A DNA stretch of 63,920 bases, filler included. It is 7 parts of 7 records of this genome, joined end to end, with 100 filler letters (N's around TTAATTAATTAA, not from the genome) between each part and the next. Parts side by side here need not be neighbours in the genome. Positions count along the whole stretch, not along the records: positions 1 to 11,212 come from SRR31147125_6587; 6 more parts are not named here. One strand, given 5' to 3'. The translations under genes and the position numbers were made by a program. Positions 1 through 11,312 of the stretch are shown piece after piece (the stretch's first letter is position 1; every line of letters starts with the position of its first letter). The notes below the pieces were generated by a model, which was given only the letters and a program-made list of their open reading frames with translations, was not told where the DNA came from and ran no database searches.

Positions 1-1552
1 CTATCATTCTGCGAGCCAGGTTATATTCTCCTGCCAGGTAAGCAGCGGCACTTTGTTGAAGATAAGTATCGAGAGTATAATTCGCCTTTTCACGATGTGG
101 ACAATCCATGTAGATCTCTTGTGTTCCCATTTTGGTAGAATAACTGGCTAAATCCCACAGCGCTTTCAAGTCAGAGGAAGAACATGTAAATAAGGAAGCA
201 TCATCGGCAAACGGGTAATGACGTACAATAGCATGAACGTTTGAGGTATCCAGAATGCAAGGTGAATCCAAAATCTCGCCAAATCGAAAGGCACGATAAT
301 CATAAAATTCCAGTTCCTGTTGGCCGTCCTTCAACGTCCAGAAATCCTGATAGTTACAATTTGCCCGTATTTTATAATGTACTGAATCAGGTGCGGTGAT
401 TTCCTCTCCCAATCGGACCTCCACCTTTGAACCGGATGCTCCCTTCAAGTCTAGCCAAAGGGACCCTACAACTTCACGCCCAAAATCAAAAAAGTAATGA
501 CCGTTTGCTTTTTGGATAATTTTTAAAGGTGACCTGGGATACACGACAAGTTGGTCGGTTTCCTGAGCATGAAGCTTCCATGGGCAGGAAACCTGTACTG
601 TTGCCATATCCCAGTCAGCGTCATTATAATCGGAATATTTCCAGCCAAATGGTATTTTTTCAGCATCAATATCCTCATTATAACCGGTATCATATCCAAC
701 GGTTCGCTCTCCCACGTATGCTTTAACAAGTTTCACCTTCCAGTCTGAATCGGTTATCACCCTATGTGTGGATCCATCCATGTACGTTATTTGCAGTTGC
801 AGAATAAAGCCCCGAAGACTATCGCCGCTGACCCAGGCATAATTTTTTAATCCCTGATAATATGCATGAGCAGCAAGACAATTAGAGCCCTCTTTATGCC
901 AAAGAGGTGTTAGATCATAAACATTATAATTATATTCAACATGTGGAAAGCTCGGACCAGGTCCCTGCCCCATAAATTCTCCGTTGATATAAAGCTTATA
1001 GTAATCATCTGCTGAAACATAAGCTAACACTTGCTTGACTGTTTTTTTTGCAGATGGAATCAATTTCCGTAAATAAACATGCTGATTAACACCCTGTTCA
1101 TCTACCCATATCCACTTTGCTTTCCAGTCATCCCATAAACCCGTTACAAAACAGGCTGGTTCAGACCATTCTGAGACCTGTCCATTTTTATCCCAATAAC
1201 GAACAGACCAGTAATATTTCCTTCCTGGCTGTAATGGCTTGCCACTATAAACGATGTCTGTAGACTGACTGGAATGTATTTTACCGGAATCCCATATAGT
1301 AGCACGGCCTGATTGCACATCATGGAGCTCGTCGCAAACAATAATCTGGTAAAAACTCTGATACTGATTATCCCCTTTTAGATTAACTATCCACGAAAAA
1401 CCTGGCTTGTGGGATTCAACTCCATGAGGATTCGTTCGCCATTCGGTTAACAACCCGGTTGGAACATACGAATCCGCCTTTGTCACATCAAAAGTGAAGA
1501 AAATACATACAAGGACTATATTTAGAATAAAGCGATAACTTTTCAGGTGCAT
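1..1552 (-). CDS. GH78 family alpha-L-rhamnosidase; two apparent frameshifts (~1375, ~1075); 3' end runs off the window
   Basis: Manual translation: MHLKSYRFILNIVLVCIFF leader, then WDSGK...YYWSVRYWD (Ig/FN3-like), VSADDYYKLYING, YFFDFGREVVG and YMDCPHREK, all typical GH78 motifs. Not in the ORF track because it is open-ended and broken. Confidence 0.85.
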   Translation of the reverse strand, partial: MHLKSYRFILNIVLVCIFFTFDVTKADSYVPTGLLTEWRTNPHGVESHKPGFSWIVNLKGDNQYQSFYQIIVCDELHDVQSGRATIWDSGKIHSSQSTDIVYSGKPLQPGRKYYWSVRYWDKNGQVSEWSEPACFVTGLWDDWKAKWIWVDEQGVNQHVYLRKLIPSAKKTVKQVLAYVSADDYYKLYINGEFMGQGPGPSFPHVEYNYNVYDLTPLWHKEGSNCLAAHAYYQGLKNYAWVSGDSLRGFILQLQITYMDGSTHRVITDSDWKVKLVKAYVGERTVGYDTGYNEDIDAEKIPFGWKYSDYNDADWDMATVQVSCPWKLHAQETDQLVVYPRSPLKIIQKANGHYFFDFGREVVGSLWLDLKGASGSKVEVRLGEEITAPDSVHYKIRANCNYQDFWTLKDGQQELEFYDYRAFRFGEILDSPCILDTSNVHAIVRHYPFADDASLFTCSSSDLKALWDLASYSTKMGTQEIYMDCPHREKANYTLDTYLQQSAAAYLAGEYNLARRMI

Positions 1553-1655
1553 TTTTGTTTTCCTGTTCCGTTTGCTAAAAATTAATTTAATAGAATTTAT
1601 AGTCCATTCACAAGTTTCATTAAACCGTACTTTTGAATAGTCAATCATTTTTAAT

Positions 1656-4477
1656 TTAAAATCCAACTTTTTCTACCTGTGCTGAAATTATTCGTACCGG
1701 GCCTAAAAGACCGGACTCCAGCAATGGATAATCTTTGGTAAATTTTATTACATTAGTTTGAGTAAAACGCTTCTCCTCAGGTAAAAACAGATCACCAATC
1801 AAACGATTCGGCCAGAGATTGGTCACTTTTACTTCCAGCTTATTAGTTCCCTCTTTCACTGCCCCCGTTATCTCTACCCGAAACGGTTTTTTCCACAAAA
1901 TACCAAGATTTCTACCGTTTAATTTCACTTCAGCTATATTTTTAACACGGCCGAGATCCAGCCATAAAGATTTATCTGGTGCGACATCGGCAGTCGATAA
2001 TGAAAAATCTTCATAATAGGTCGCTTTCCCGGAAAAATATTTCACGCCAGGATCGGGAAATTCAGTCCATGACAAAAGATTATCAAACTTAACAGATTCC
2101 GCAGCACCAAAGCCATTGGGAAAGCGGATTTCCAAGGAGCCAGTGATCTGCTGGGACTCAGGCACTGTGTCGATATCAATTGCAGTGACTTTGCCTGAGG
2201 CATCCTCCACTTTATACTTGCCTGTTTGCCACGCGCGCAGCTCAAGGCGGCCGTCTTGTTGTTTAAAGATCTCTGCTGTCGCTATTGAACCAACCTGTTC
2301 GCCAACAGGTGCAAAAACATCCCGGCCATTGCGTAAAAAGCTGACCAGGTGCTGCTGATCCGCGGTTTTGCGGAAAACCACAAAAACAGAGCCATAAGGA
2401 TCCAGTCGTAGCGGAAGGGTGACACGGCCCTTCCTCGTTTCATACAAAACCTGCTCCTGTATCTCACCGGTCGCAGGATCCCACAGTTCCGGCACTTTAT
2501 TCTCTACACGAAACTGACAAATCGCCTCACCATAACAGTTGTTTCGATTGATCACAAAATAGATGTCTAGCCCCTCACTTTTACGGTGAATATAATCCCA
2601 CAGGGTTCCTTCATGCCGACTTTTGTATTCAAAATCAGGAAAGATACCATCGGATGAAAGTATCTCCCATAAAGGTTTACCCCAATAAATGCGGCCCTGG
2701 CCCAAAGTGTTTTCCTTGACCGTCTTGCCATCGCACGGACCCCAGCGGGATCAGAATGTTTAAAGGGAAATACATTAGGAACATGGTCGCCGTAGTAATA
2801 AAGTACATCAGCTATAAATTTACCTTCCTGTACAACAGACTGCGTCCGGTGCATGTAATCAATAAAAGCCCCCGATTGTTTCCACCAGGTAACTTGCGGG
2901 TTGACATGGGTGTCTGCGAAATACTCCTGTCCTGGCAAACCCATTTCAGGAGGCGAACAGGTAAAAGTATGGAAATACATGCGGTTTAGCCCAGCACAAA
3001 TTTCGTGGTCGAATGCTGATTTCTGATCGTGCCAGATTTCATCGTTCCAGTGTGGCCCGATCGTTATGAACGATTCAGCGCCGATAATTTTTTTACCATA
3101 GATATGTGCGGCTGATGATGCTTGCTTTAAGAAAAATCGATTATGAGGCTGTGGGCGGTACGGGGAAGGCGACCAGAACTCGCTCATTACAATGTCGCTA
3201 AATCCATAGTTTTTTATCCCATCCATGGGGCCGGCGTGAGGTCCTGCCGATTCGGGTTGTATGCCCATGTTGTATTTATGAGCAATTTCCTGAAAACGGG
3301 CATAGTGATTGTACGCCACCAGGTCGCCCAGTGTTTTTCTGAAATCGGCCAGAAATGCGTTTGAGGTTTTTAAATCATCTATTACATAACCGGCTACTAT
3401 TGGTAAATAATCTAAGATATCGTAGCCACGATAGTTCTTAAATTCTTCAGAGAAATTATCAGTCCAGTTCATCCCACCCCATTCCCAGCTATCGGTTTCC
3501 ATGTATTTTAATGTGGTTCCGATATGGTGACCTGCTGCTTTGAAAATGGGTTCTACCACATCATTCCAATAGAAATCGAATGCTTCTTTACTCATATAAT
3601 CAAGGACACTGCCTTGCCATTTTCCGCTTGAGGTTGATACATGCGAGCCAGTGCAGGTGTATCCGAACCTGATGATCTGCCATTCTCCTTCGGGCGCTTC
3701 CCAGTTAAGATTGCCTTCACTATCCACATACGAAGTTAGATTCAATATGTCTTTTTTCTTTACAATATATGTGGTTTTTCCCTCAAGTATCTTTTGGTTT
3801 CGAGAGATGTTATTCAACAAAAACCGAGTGTCAGGTGCAGAGCTTCCAAGCTCGCGGTAACCGAGTTTTAAGTTCAAATCGGAAATGACCTCATCGGTTT
3901 TTTTTCCGGTTTGTAACGGAATTGCCAGCACGGCAATATCTTTGTAAAAGTCTCTTCTAGTCTTTGACAGTTCCAACTTTTGGGTTACTCTTTTGTTGCC
4001 CGAGATTTTTAGTTTAGAATATATAATCTGTTTTGCGGTGTATTTTGGTGTTACACGCGGTCCTCCAAGGTTCCAACCACTTTGAATATTGAAACCTATT
4101 GTCAATCCCAGTCGTTCTGCTTCATCTAAAGCAAAAACAAATAACTTGTTCCATTCATCCGATCCGAACAATGGTCCCTCAGGAATATCCATATTCCCTC
4201 TTTGATTATGCCCACCGGCATCAAAGATCATGGCCCCGTGGAAGTTTTTTAATTTCATGGCTTCCAGGTCTTTGGTAATGGCGGCTTTATTTACATTGCC
4301 GTTAAGCCACCACCACCAGCAGTTCATTCCGTACATCGCCGTAGGTTTTTTAAAGTTTTCTTTTAAATAGTTGTAATCTACGCCAGTATTGCTTTGCTTG
4401 TTACTCTTGTTATTGCAATTCAATAATAAAAAGCAGAGGACAAGTAAGGTTGAATGTTTTAAGATTTGTTTTATCAT
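1656..4477 (-). pseudogene. GH106-like alpha-L-rhamnosidase lipoprotein with an internal deletion and frame change at ~2742
   Basis: Signal with LLNC lipobox, CWWWWLNGN, METDSWE, SEFW; C-terminal piece PELWDP, LDLGRVKNIAEV, NLWPNRLIGD, SGLLGPV. About 90 codons present in the paralog are missing at the junction. Confidence 0.8.
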
Positions 4478-4628
4478 TTGTTTTAAAATTAGATTCAAAA
4501 CACAAGTATCAAGACACAAGGCAAGAACTTCATCCTGTATATTAAAATCCTTTGTCATGGTTTTTCATCTATTATCATTAATGTACACTATAAGTATTCT
4601 TAAATCCATATAGTCAAGCTTAATCAGA

Positions 4629-5693
4629 TTATAAAGCTTTTGCAGCATCTATAAAAGCTATTACATTTTCCCATGGTATTGCCGGATCCAATATATGTGC
4701 AGGCGCAAGAAGGAGACCACCTTCTTTTCCAAGCAGCTCATTGGTTTCCTGCACTTTTGCAGCAACCTCTTCAGGGGTACCATGTGGCATAACAGATTGT
4801 ACACCAATTCCTCCCCAGAATGAGAGTTTATCTTTATATTTCAAGTAAATCGCTTTCAGGTTATTGCATTCAGGCTGAACCGGGTTTAAGACTTCAACAC
4901 CGGTTTCAATAAAATCATCGATTACATCCTCCACTTTTCCGCAACAGTGCATGAATATAATTACATCAGGGTTTACTCCTTTTGCCGCCTGTATTATCCT
5001 TTTTATCCTGTCTTTAAAAAAAGTATTATACGTTTCGTGCGACATCATTAATCCCTGCTGACTAACAATGTCATCGCCCAGCCTGATAATATCCACTCCC
5101 GCTTTTGCAAATAACCGTGCCTGCCTTATCCTTATTTGGGCAATGTTCTCACAAATGGCATGGGCTATGTCCGGATTAAGTATCAAATCCAATAAAAATG
5201 TTTCTATATTCCGCATCAACCAGGCGGTTTCAAAAATGGTTTGGTACAACTCCCCGCAAACCGGATACCCTCTTTTGTGAAATTCTTTGGTATGACTTGC
5301 TACTTCTGTGTACCTGTAACTTTCACCAAGGTCTGGCCATGAATAATTATTGATTTCATCCACAGAAGATAACTGCTCCAGTGGGTGATAATTATAATCC
5401 GGTATTTCGTACCTGGTTGGCACTGCCCCAATACCCCATTCATCGAAACTTATGTTTTCCGGTAAAGGTTCATTAAAGTACCGGCTAAAGTCTGGTTTTA
5501 TTTTTGTTGGTGATGGCAGGACAAACCGAGTATCAAAATTAAAATATTCTTCAGGCGAAAGTTCGGTTCCTGTTTTTTCCCGGAATGTTCTCATTAACCG
5601 GGGAGTAAAGGCGCCCCAACTAATTTCGAAAGGTGTTCTATCGAGGGCGCCTGTTCTTTTCAGGGCTGTTAATACTCTTTCTCGTGAATTCAT
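4629..5693 (-). CDS. Uroporphyrinogen decarboxylase (URO-D/MtaA-like) family protein
   Basis: MNSRERVLTAL..DRTP start, DEWG, LGDD, MHCCG, LNPVQPE, FWGGIGVQ, LAPAH. Confidence 0.85.
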   Translation of the reverse strand: MNSRERVLTALKRTGALDRTPFEISWGAFTPRLMRTFREKTGTELSPEEYFNFDTRFVLPSPTKIKPDFSRYFNEPLPENISFDEWGIGAVPTRYEIPDYNYHPLEQLSSVDEINNYSWPDLGESYRYTEVASHTKEFHKRGYPVCGELYQTIFETAWLMRNIETFLLDLILNPDIAHAICENIAQIRIRQARLFAKAGVDIIRLGDDIVSQQGLMMSHETYNTFFKDRIKRIIQAAKGVNPDVIIFMHCCGKVEDVIDDFIETGVEVLNPVQPECNNLKAIYLKYKDKLSFWGGIGVQSVMPHGTPEEVAAKVQETNELLGKEGGLLLAPAHILDPAIPWENVIAFIDAAKAL

Positions 5694-5721
5694 AGTTTAT
5701 TTCTTTTTCTTTTAGTTTTCC

Positions 5722-8669
5722 TTACTTCGTTGCAGCTTCCTCAATTGTAACTGGTCCTATTAATCCTGATGATTCCAGGGGTATTTCCTTTAATGGTCTG
5801 CCTCTGAAATCATTACTTAGAACAATATTGGTTTTAGTATATTGCTTTTTATCAGGGAATGTCTGATCTCCGGCCACACGGTTATACCATGAATTTACTA
5901 CTTTTATTTCAAGTGTATTTTCTCCTTTTTGCAATTCTCTACTGATATTTACTCTGAACGGAGAAGTCCAGAGAACACCTTTGTCTTTTCCGTTGATTTT
6001 TACTTCCGCTATACCTACATCTTTTACACTACCCAGTTGCAAAAAGTATTGCTTGTTTTTACCGGGATCAAAATCAACGTTAAAAGTCTTGTTGTAAACC
6101 GCCGTGCCGGAATAATACTTAATTCCTTCGTCGGGATGCTGCGTCCAATCCATGAGTTCAGCGAATGTAACAGAAGCAGGCCCTCCCCATTTGGGATCGA
6201 AGCTTACTTCCCACTTTCCACTGATATTTTTCACTGTTTTGTATTCCGCATAATTACGTTCAGCAGTGCCTTGATTATTCTTACCAATTTTCTTATTGAA
6301 CACTACCATAACTGCTCCATATGGTTCCAGGGTGAGTGGTACGCTCGTTAATCCATCTTTTTGAGTAAAAGCTATGGCTTCTCTTATCTTCCCTGTTAAA
6401 GCATCCCACAATTCAGGCTGTTTGCCAGATACTCTGAAACGGCAAATTATCCTTTGTCTTTCGGTGGTCTGGTTGGTGACAAAATAAACATCGCTTTCGC
6501 CAATGGTATAATGTATATAATCAAAATCGGTTTTACTGTTGCTCCCGGCTACTGTAAAGTCGGCAGGAATTCCTTTTGACAACAGATATTCTCTTGCCTT
6601 TACACCCCACGCAACAAGTCCTTTTCCATACTTTTTCTCGCCTTTTTCCGATACTTCTTTCCCCCATATTTTATCTGCCAATTCGTGAAATTGCTTTTTC
6701 TCCTGCTCTCCACCAACCAAACTAACTGAACTTTCAGGCTTGCAGCCAATTACCTGTGCTCCTTGTTGTAAAAGTTCTTCCACTTTTTCTAATACAGCCA
6801 TTGACAATACTTTATGGTCAGGTAATACTAAAACACGGTATTCCAAACCTCCGGGAACCATTATTTTTCCATCTTTCATTTTGAGTTGCAAAAGGATAGT
6901 TTCATTAGTTACATCGTAATCAAACCCAAGCAAAACTCCTGCAGGATCTGAATGTTTAAAAGGAAACACATTTGGTACATGATCACCATAATAGTACAAC
7001 ACATCGGCCACAAATTTTCCTTCCTGCATTACCATTTGTGTTCTGTGCAAATAATCAATGAATGGTTTGGATTGTTTCCACCAGGTAAGGCGTGGATTAA
7101 CGTGAGTACAGGCAAAAACTCTTGTCCGGGCAAACCCATCGACTCCGGCGAACAGGTGAAAGTTGTAAAATAGACACGGTTCAGTCCTGAACAAATCTCG
7201 TAGTCGAAAGATGATTTTTGATCGTGCCATAACTCATCATTCCAATGATGTCCAATACCCGAAAAAGCTTCGGCTCCTACAATTTTCTTTCCATAAATAT
7301 GTGCTGCCGATGAGCCTTGTTTCAAAAAGAATCGGTGCTCCGGCGTGGGCCTGTGGGGTGATGGCGCCCAAAATTCACTCATCACAACATCACTAAACCC
7401 ATAATTCTTTATACCATCAAAAGATCCGGCATGAGGCCCTGCCGACTCAGGATTAATACGCATATTGTATTTATGTGCATTCGCTTGAAAATGTGCATAG
7501 TGGTTATTGGCAACCAGGTCGCCTAAGGTCTTTCTGAAATCTGCCAAAAATGCGTTTGAGGTATTTATATCTTCAACAATATAGCCTGCAACTATCGGTA
7601 AATAGTTGAGTATATTATAGCCCCGATAGTTTTTAAACTCCACAGCAAGATTATCTGTCCAATTCATGCCACGACATTCCCAGCTATCAGTACCCAGATC
7701 TTTAAGTGTTGTGCCGGTATGACTACCTGCCGCTTTAAAAATAGGTTCCAATACATCGTTCCAATAAAAATCAAGGGCTTCTTTACTTAAATAATCAAGC
7801 ACAAGACCTTGCCAATTGTCACTTGCTGTTGATACATGTGCTCCTGAACATGTATAGCCTATACGTATAATAGTCCAGTCTCCCCCGGGAGCATCCCAAA
7901 TCAGGTTACTTTCTTTATCAATCTTTGAGGTCAAATTAATTACATCTTCTTTCTTTACTATATAGGTAGTTTTTTCTTCTATCTTTTTCTTATTTCTTGG
8001 GGTATTAGTTAACATAAACCGAGTATCGGGTGCAGAACCACCAAGTTCGTGATAAGCAAGTTTTAAGTCTAAATTGCTGATACCTTCATTAATTTTATTC
8101 TTTTCCTTTAATGGAATTGCTAATACGGCAATATCCTTATAAAATTCTTTTCGACTCTTTGGAATCTCTAATTTTTGTGAAATCTTTCTCCCTCCTGAAA
8201 TCTTTGTTTCTGAAAAGGTAAGCTGTTTGGCTGCATGCTGGGCTTTAATTGTCGGACCACCCAGGTTCCAGCCACTCTGTATATTAAGTCCTATTTCCAG
8301 GCCAAGACGTTTTGCTTCATCCAGTGCAAAGACAAACAGTTCGATCCATTCATCCGAGCCAAATTGAGGACCTGAAGGAACATTATTGTTGCCCCTTTGG
8401 TTGTGTCCCCCGGCATCATACACAACAGCTCCCTGGAAGTTCCTTGATTTCACGGCCTCCAGATCACTCGTAATTGCCTCTTTGGTTACATTTCCATTGA
8501 GCCACCACCACCAGCAATTGACCCCATAATTTGCATCAGGAGTTTTGAAATTCTCTCTCAGATAGTTGTAAGTATCGTTTGAACTAGCTGGTTTATTATC
8601 TTTACTACTACAATTTAATAGTAAAATACAGATAACCAGTAATACTACATAAAAAAATCGTTTTGTCAT
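5722..8669 (-). CDS. GH106-like alpha-L-rhamnosidase lipoprotein; single frameshift in a T-run at ~7116
   Basis: ORFs 7029-8717 and 5722-7230 join (PGQEF/FACTHVNP, paralog GQEYFADTHVNP); LLNC lipobox, CWWWWLNGN, TDSWE, VVNSWYNRVAGD. Confidence 0.85.
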
Positions 8670-8750
8670 TACAGCCTCCTCAATCGTAACAGATCCCAAC
8701 AATCCTGATGGTTTCAATGGTATGGTTTTTCATTTTCTTCCTACAATATT

Positions 8751-10436
8751 CCCAGATTCCTTACGAATGAGCTGAATACACTTTGGGATTAGAAATTCGA
8801 CCAATTTTTTAAAATTATAAGAGAACACGTTTTATTTGTAACTAAAGCACAGAACAATGGCTTCAAACAATCGCAATATAAGATATTTTATAGCAACAAC
8901 TGGTTTATTGATTAACATAATTCAAGTTAAAACATAATTATCCTATTGATATTCAAAATGTTATCCTACTTTACAATAAAGCAAGCCGACTTTCTATTTT
9001 ATTGTAATAAATTATATATTTATAGTTCTTTATCAGTGATAAATAGTAACCCTGGCCTCGTTTGATCAGTTTGCCAGGGATATAGATTAAAAAGTAGCGA
9101 ATTGTCCAGATGGTTTTTGATGAAAATTTTCCTTTTAATGCAAAACATTAATACAGCGAGATGACATTATATGAAATCATTTTCAACAGCATGTTGGCAT
9201 AATTCACCACAAATTTTTCTGAGGTGATCTGATCACCGCCAAAACCATTTTTATATTCTTTTATACAATTTTCAAAACTGCTGCGCTGGCAGTAATAATT
9301 TAACAATTTTTGATTGCAGCGTTCGCTGGTTTTAAATACGATGAAAATATATTCATAATAATAATTCTCCACTTTCATAGGCAACTGAAGTTGAGATTTG
9401 TTGTTAAGCTCTTTTTGATCGTTTACATATATTTTTTCTTGATGATCAGGAAATTTCGAGCTTTTTTCCAGGTGCGCAATTTGAAACTATCACGGGCAAG
9501 TTGTACATCCTTTGCTTTCGGGGCAAACTTACGATGATCAAGATGGCGAATCAGTTCATCAAAACTGCCATAAGATTTTGCTCTAATGACATAACCAACG
9601 TGATATTTCTCTAAGAAATTCAATAAGTTATCATTAAAGAAATCCGCATTTGCCCGAATCACAATTTTAGGATGAAACTGTTGGGGAATCATTAATAAAA
9701 TCTGTTTTACAAAATGAACAACACTTTTTGATGTATAAACATTGCAACTTCGCAACAGAAAATTCACCATCAGATCAAGCTCAAAAATGGTGGCAATTAT
9801 GGGATGGAGATATTTGTTCCCCATAGATTTTGTTTTATAAGAATTGGCAACACCCTGCTGTTTGCCATAAGCTTCATTGAAGGTTGAATCAATATCAATG
9901 GTGATAAATGGCAGTTTGTTGAGTTGCTGTCTGACTTTCTTTATTTCAATAAATGTTTTTATAATTCTTTTGAGTTGGGTGATGTTTTGCCGAGTGAATT
10001 TTTCCAGATGCAATCGGAATGTTTCACTATCAGGAAGTTGTAGTAAATCAAATTTATGGTTAAGATATTCATCGTTTTTGAGATAGTCCAATTGACTGGT
10101 ACGAAACGGGAATATTGTATTTGCCATGGTCAACAGATAATTCAGATGGGGGGTATCGTATGGAGACTTTCGCTTTTTAATCGCAATTGTATTTTCAATA
10201 GTTCTATATAATTTTAATTGTTTATTTGCGAAACGATCAATGAGTTCATAGCCACCATGATTTGTGATTCTCTCGTTATCAAATTTAATTTGGAAATCGT
10301 TTATAATGCACCTCGACTTCATTACTTTTAATTGGTTAACTAAATATATAAAATTGAAATGAAAGTAGTTTTTGAATAACTTTGCAATTTATGTATTGTT
10401 TTTTATTAAATTAGAGACGTTCATAAGGAATTTGGG
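8751..10436 (-). mobile_element. IS1380-family (ISEcp1-like) insertion sequence, ~1.69 kb, decayed
   Basis: Terminal inverted repeats cccagattccttacgaa (8751-8767) and ttcataaggaatttggg (10420-10436), 15/17 match; flanks atatt/atata; encloses a transposase. Confidence 0.8.
9000..10322 (-). pseudogene. IS1380-family DDE transposase, disrupted (3' end approximate)
   Basis: ITNHGG, ITIDIDST, VIRANADFF (degenerate RADxGF), YCQRSSFENCIKEYK; frameshift near 9425 and an in-frame stop at 9148. Confidence 0.8.
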
Positions 10437-10646
10437 ATATACAATAATCGTTATTATCAATAGAAGTGAAACTGTCCATCTCTCGGACCATTGTCTGGAC
10501 CTGTACATTAGCTACCTCCATTAATTTTTATTATTGGTAACATCCCTTCTTGTTACCGCTTAAACTAATGTCGACTTTTGCAGAACACGTAACCATTTTT
10601 TGTAGAATAACGCTTCATAGTATCATAATTCTGTTGATTTAATACT

Positions 10647-10746
10647 AAAAACCCTCCCCCAGATCCTTTGAGTTGCTATAGATAATACCAGAAATCCAAA
10701 CAATTACTATACTTTTAAATTTCTGTCAAAAAACCTGGGAAAGGGT
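10647..10746 (-). terminator. Long stem-loop with U-tract after the PorV-like gene
   Basis: 21-nt arms at 10651-10671 and 10726-10746; all 5 DNA mismatches are G-U pairs on the minus-strand RNA; a U-run follows. Confidence 0.55.
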
Positions 10747-10777
10747 ACTTTTTAAACAGAATCAGTAAGGAGCTTCA

Positions 10778-11212
10778 CTAAAATGAACACCCAAAAGAGA
10801 GCCTGTTTACTGCATCAAAGACGCCAAAATCTGAATAAGCATAACCTAACTTGACATCAAATCCGCCAATATTACTATTAAAACCAAGACCTGCGGTTAG
10901 GCCTTCTTCATCGTAATTAAACTTGTAACCAGCCCTGAGTGCAAACATATTCATAAACAAATATTCAGCTCCAAGATGAATTCTCTCCGTATAGTCCCGT
11001 GGATGTATGGCATCAAAAGCAATCAGCAAGGGATTCTCATGCTCACCCATGAAATCTAACACATCCATAGCAAAACTAACTTTAAAGGTCAAAGGAAGTT
11101 GGAATCCTTCTTCCTGATATTTAAACTCGGGAGAAAAATTTCGAATACTCATTCCCAGTCTAAAACTTTTAAAGCCAGGATAAAAGATCGTTCCAAAATC
11201 ATAAGAAAGTCC
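10778..11212 (-). CDS. PorV/PorQ-like (UPF0164) outer-membrane beta-barrel protein, C-terminal part
   Basis: GMSIRNF, LPLTF, HLGAEY, ALRAGY, GYAYSDFG and a terminal Phe; open to the contig end. Confidence 0.75.
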   Translation of the reverse strand, partial: GLSYDFGTIFYPGFKSFRLGMSIRNFSPEFKYQEEGFQLPLTFKVSFAMDVLDFMGEHENPLLIAFDAIHPRDYTERIHLGAEYLFMNMFALRAGYKFNYDEEGLTAGLGFNSNIGGFDVKLGYAYSDFGVFDAVNRLSFGCSF

Positions 11213-11312
11213 NNNNNNNNNNNNNNNNNNNNNNNNNNNNNNNNNNNNNNNNNNNNTTAATTAATTAANNNNNNNNNNNNNNNNNNNNNNNNNNNNNNNN
11301 NNNNNNNNNNNN
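11213..11312. other. Artificial contig spacer
   Basis: N-run / ttaattaattaa (stops in all six frames) / N-run, 100 nt. Confidence 0.98.

Noticed and set aside
11257-11268. TTAATTAATTAA palindrome recurring six times
   Set aside because: Artificial spacer with stops in all frames, not biological.
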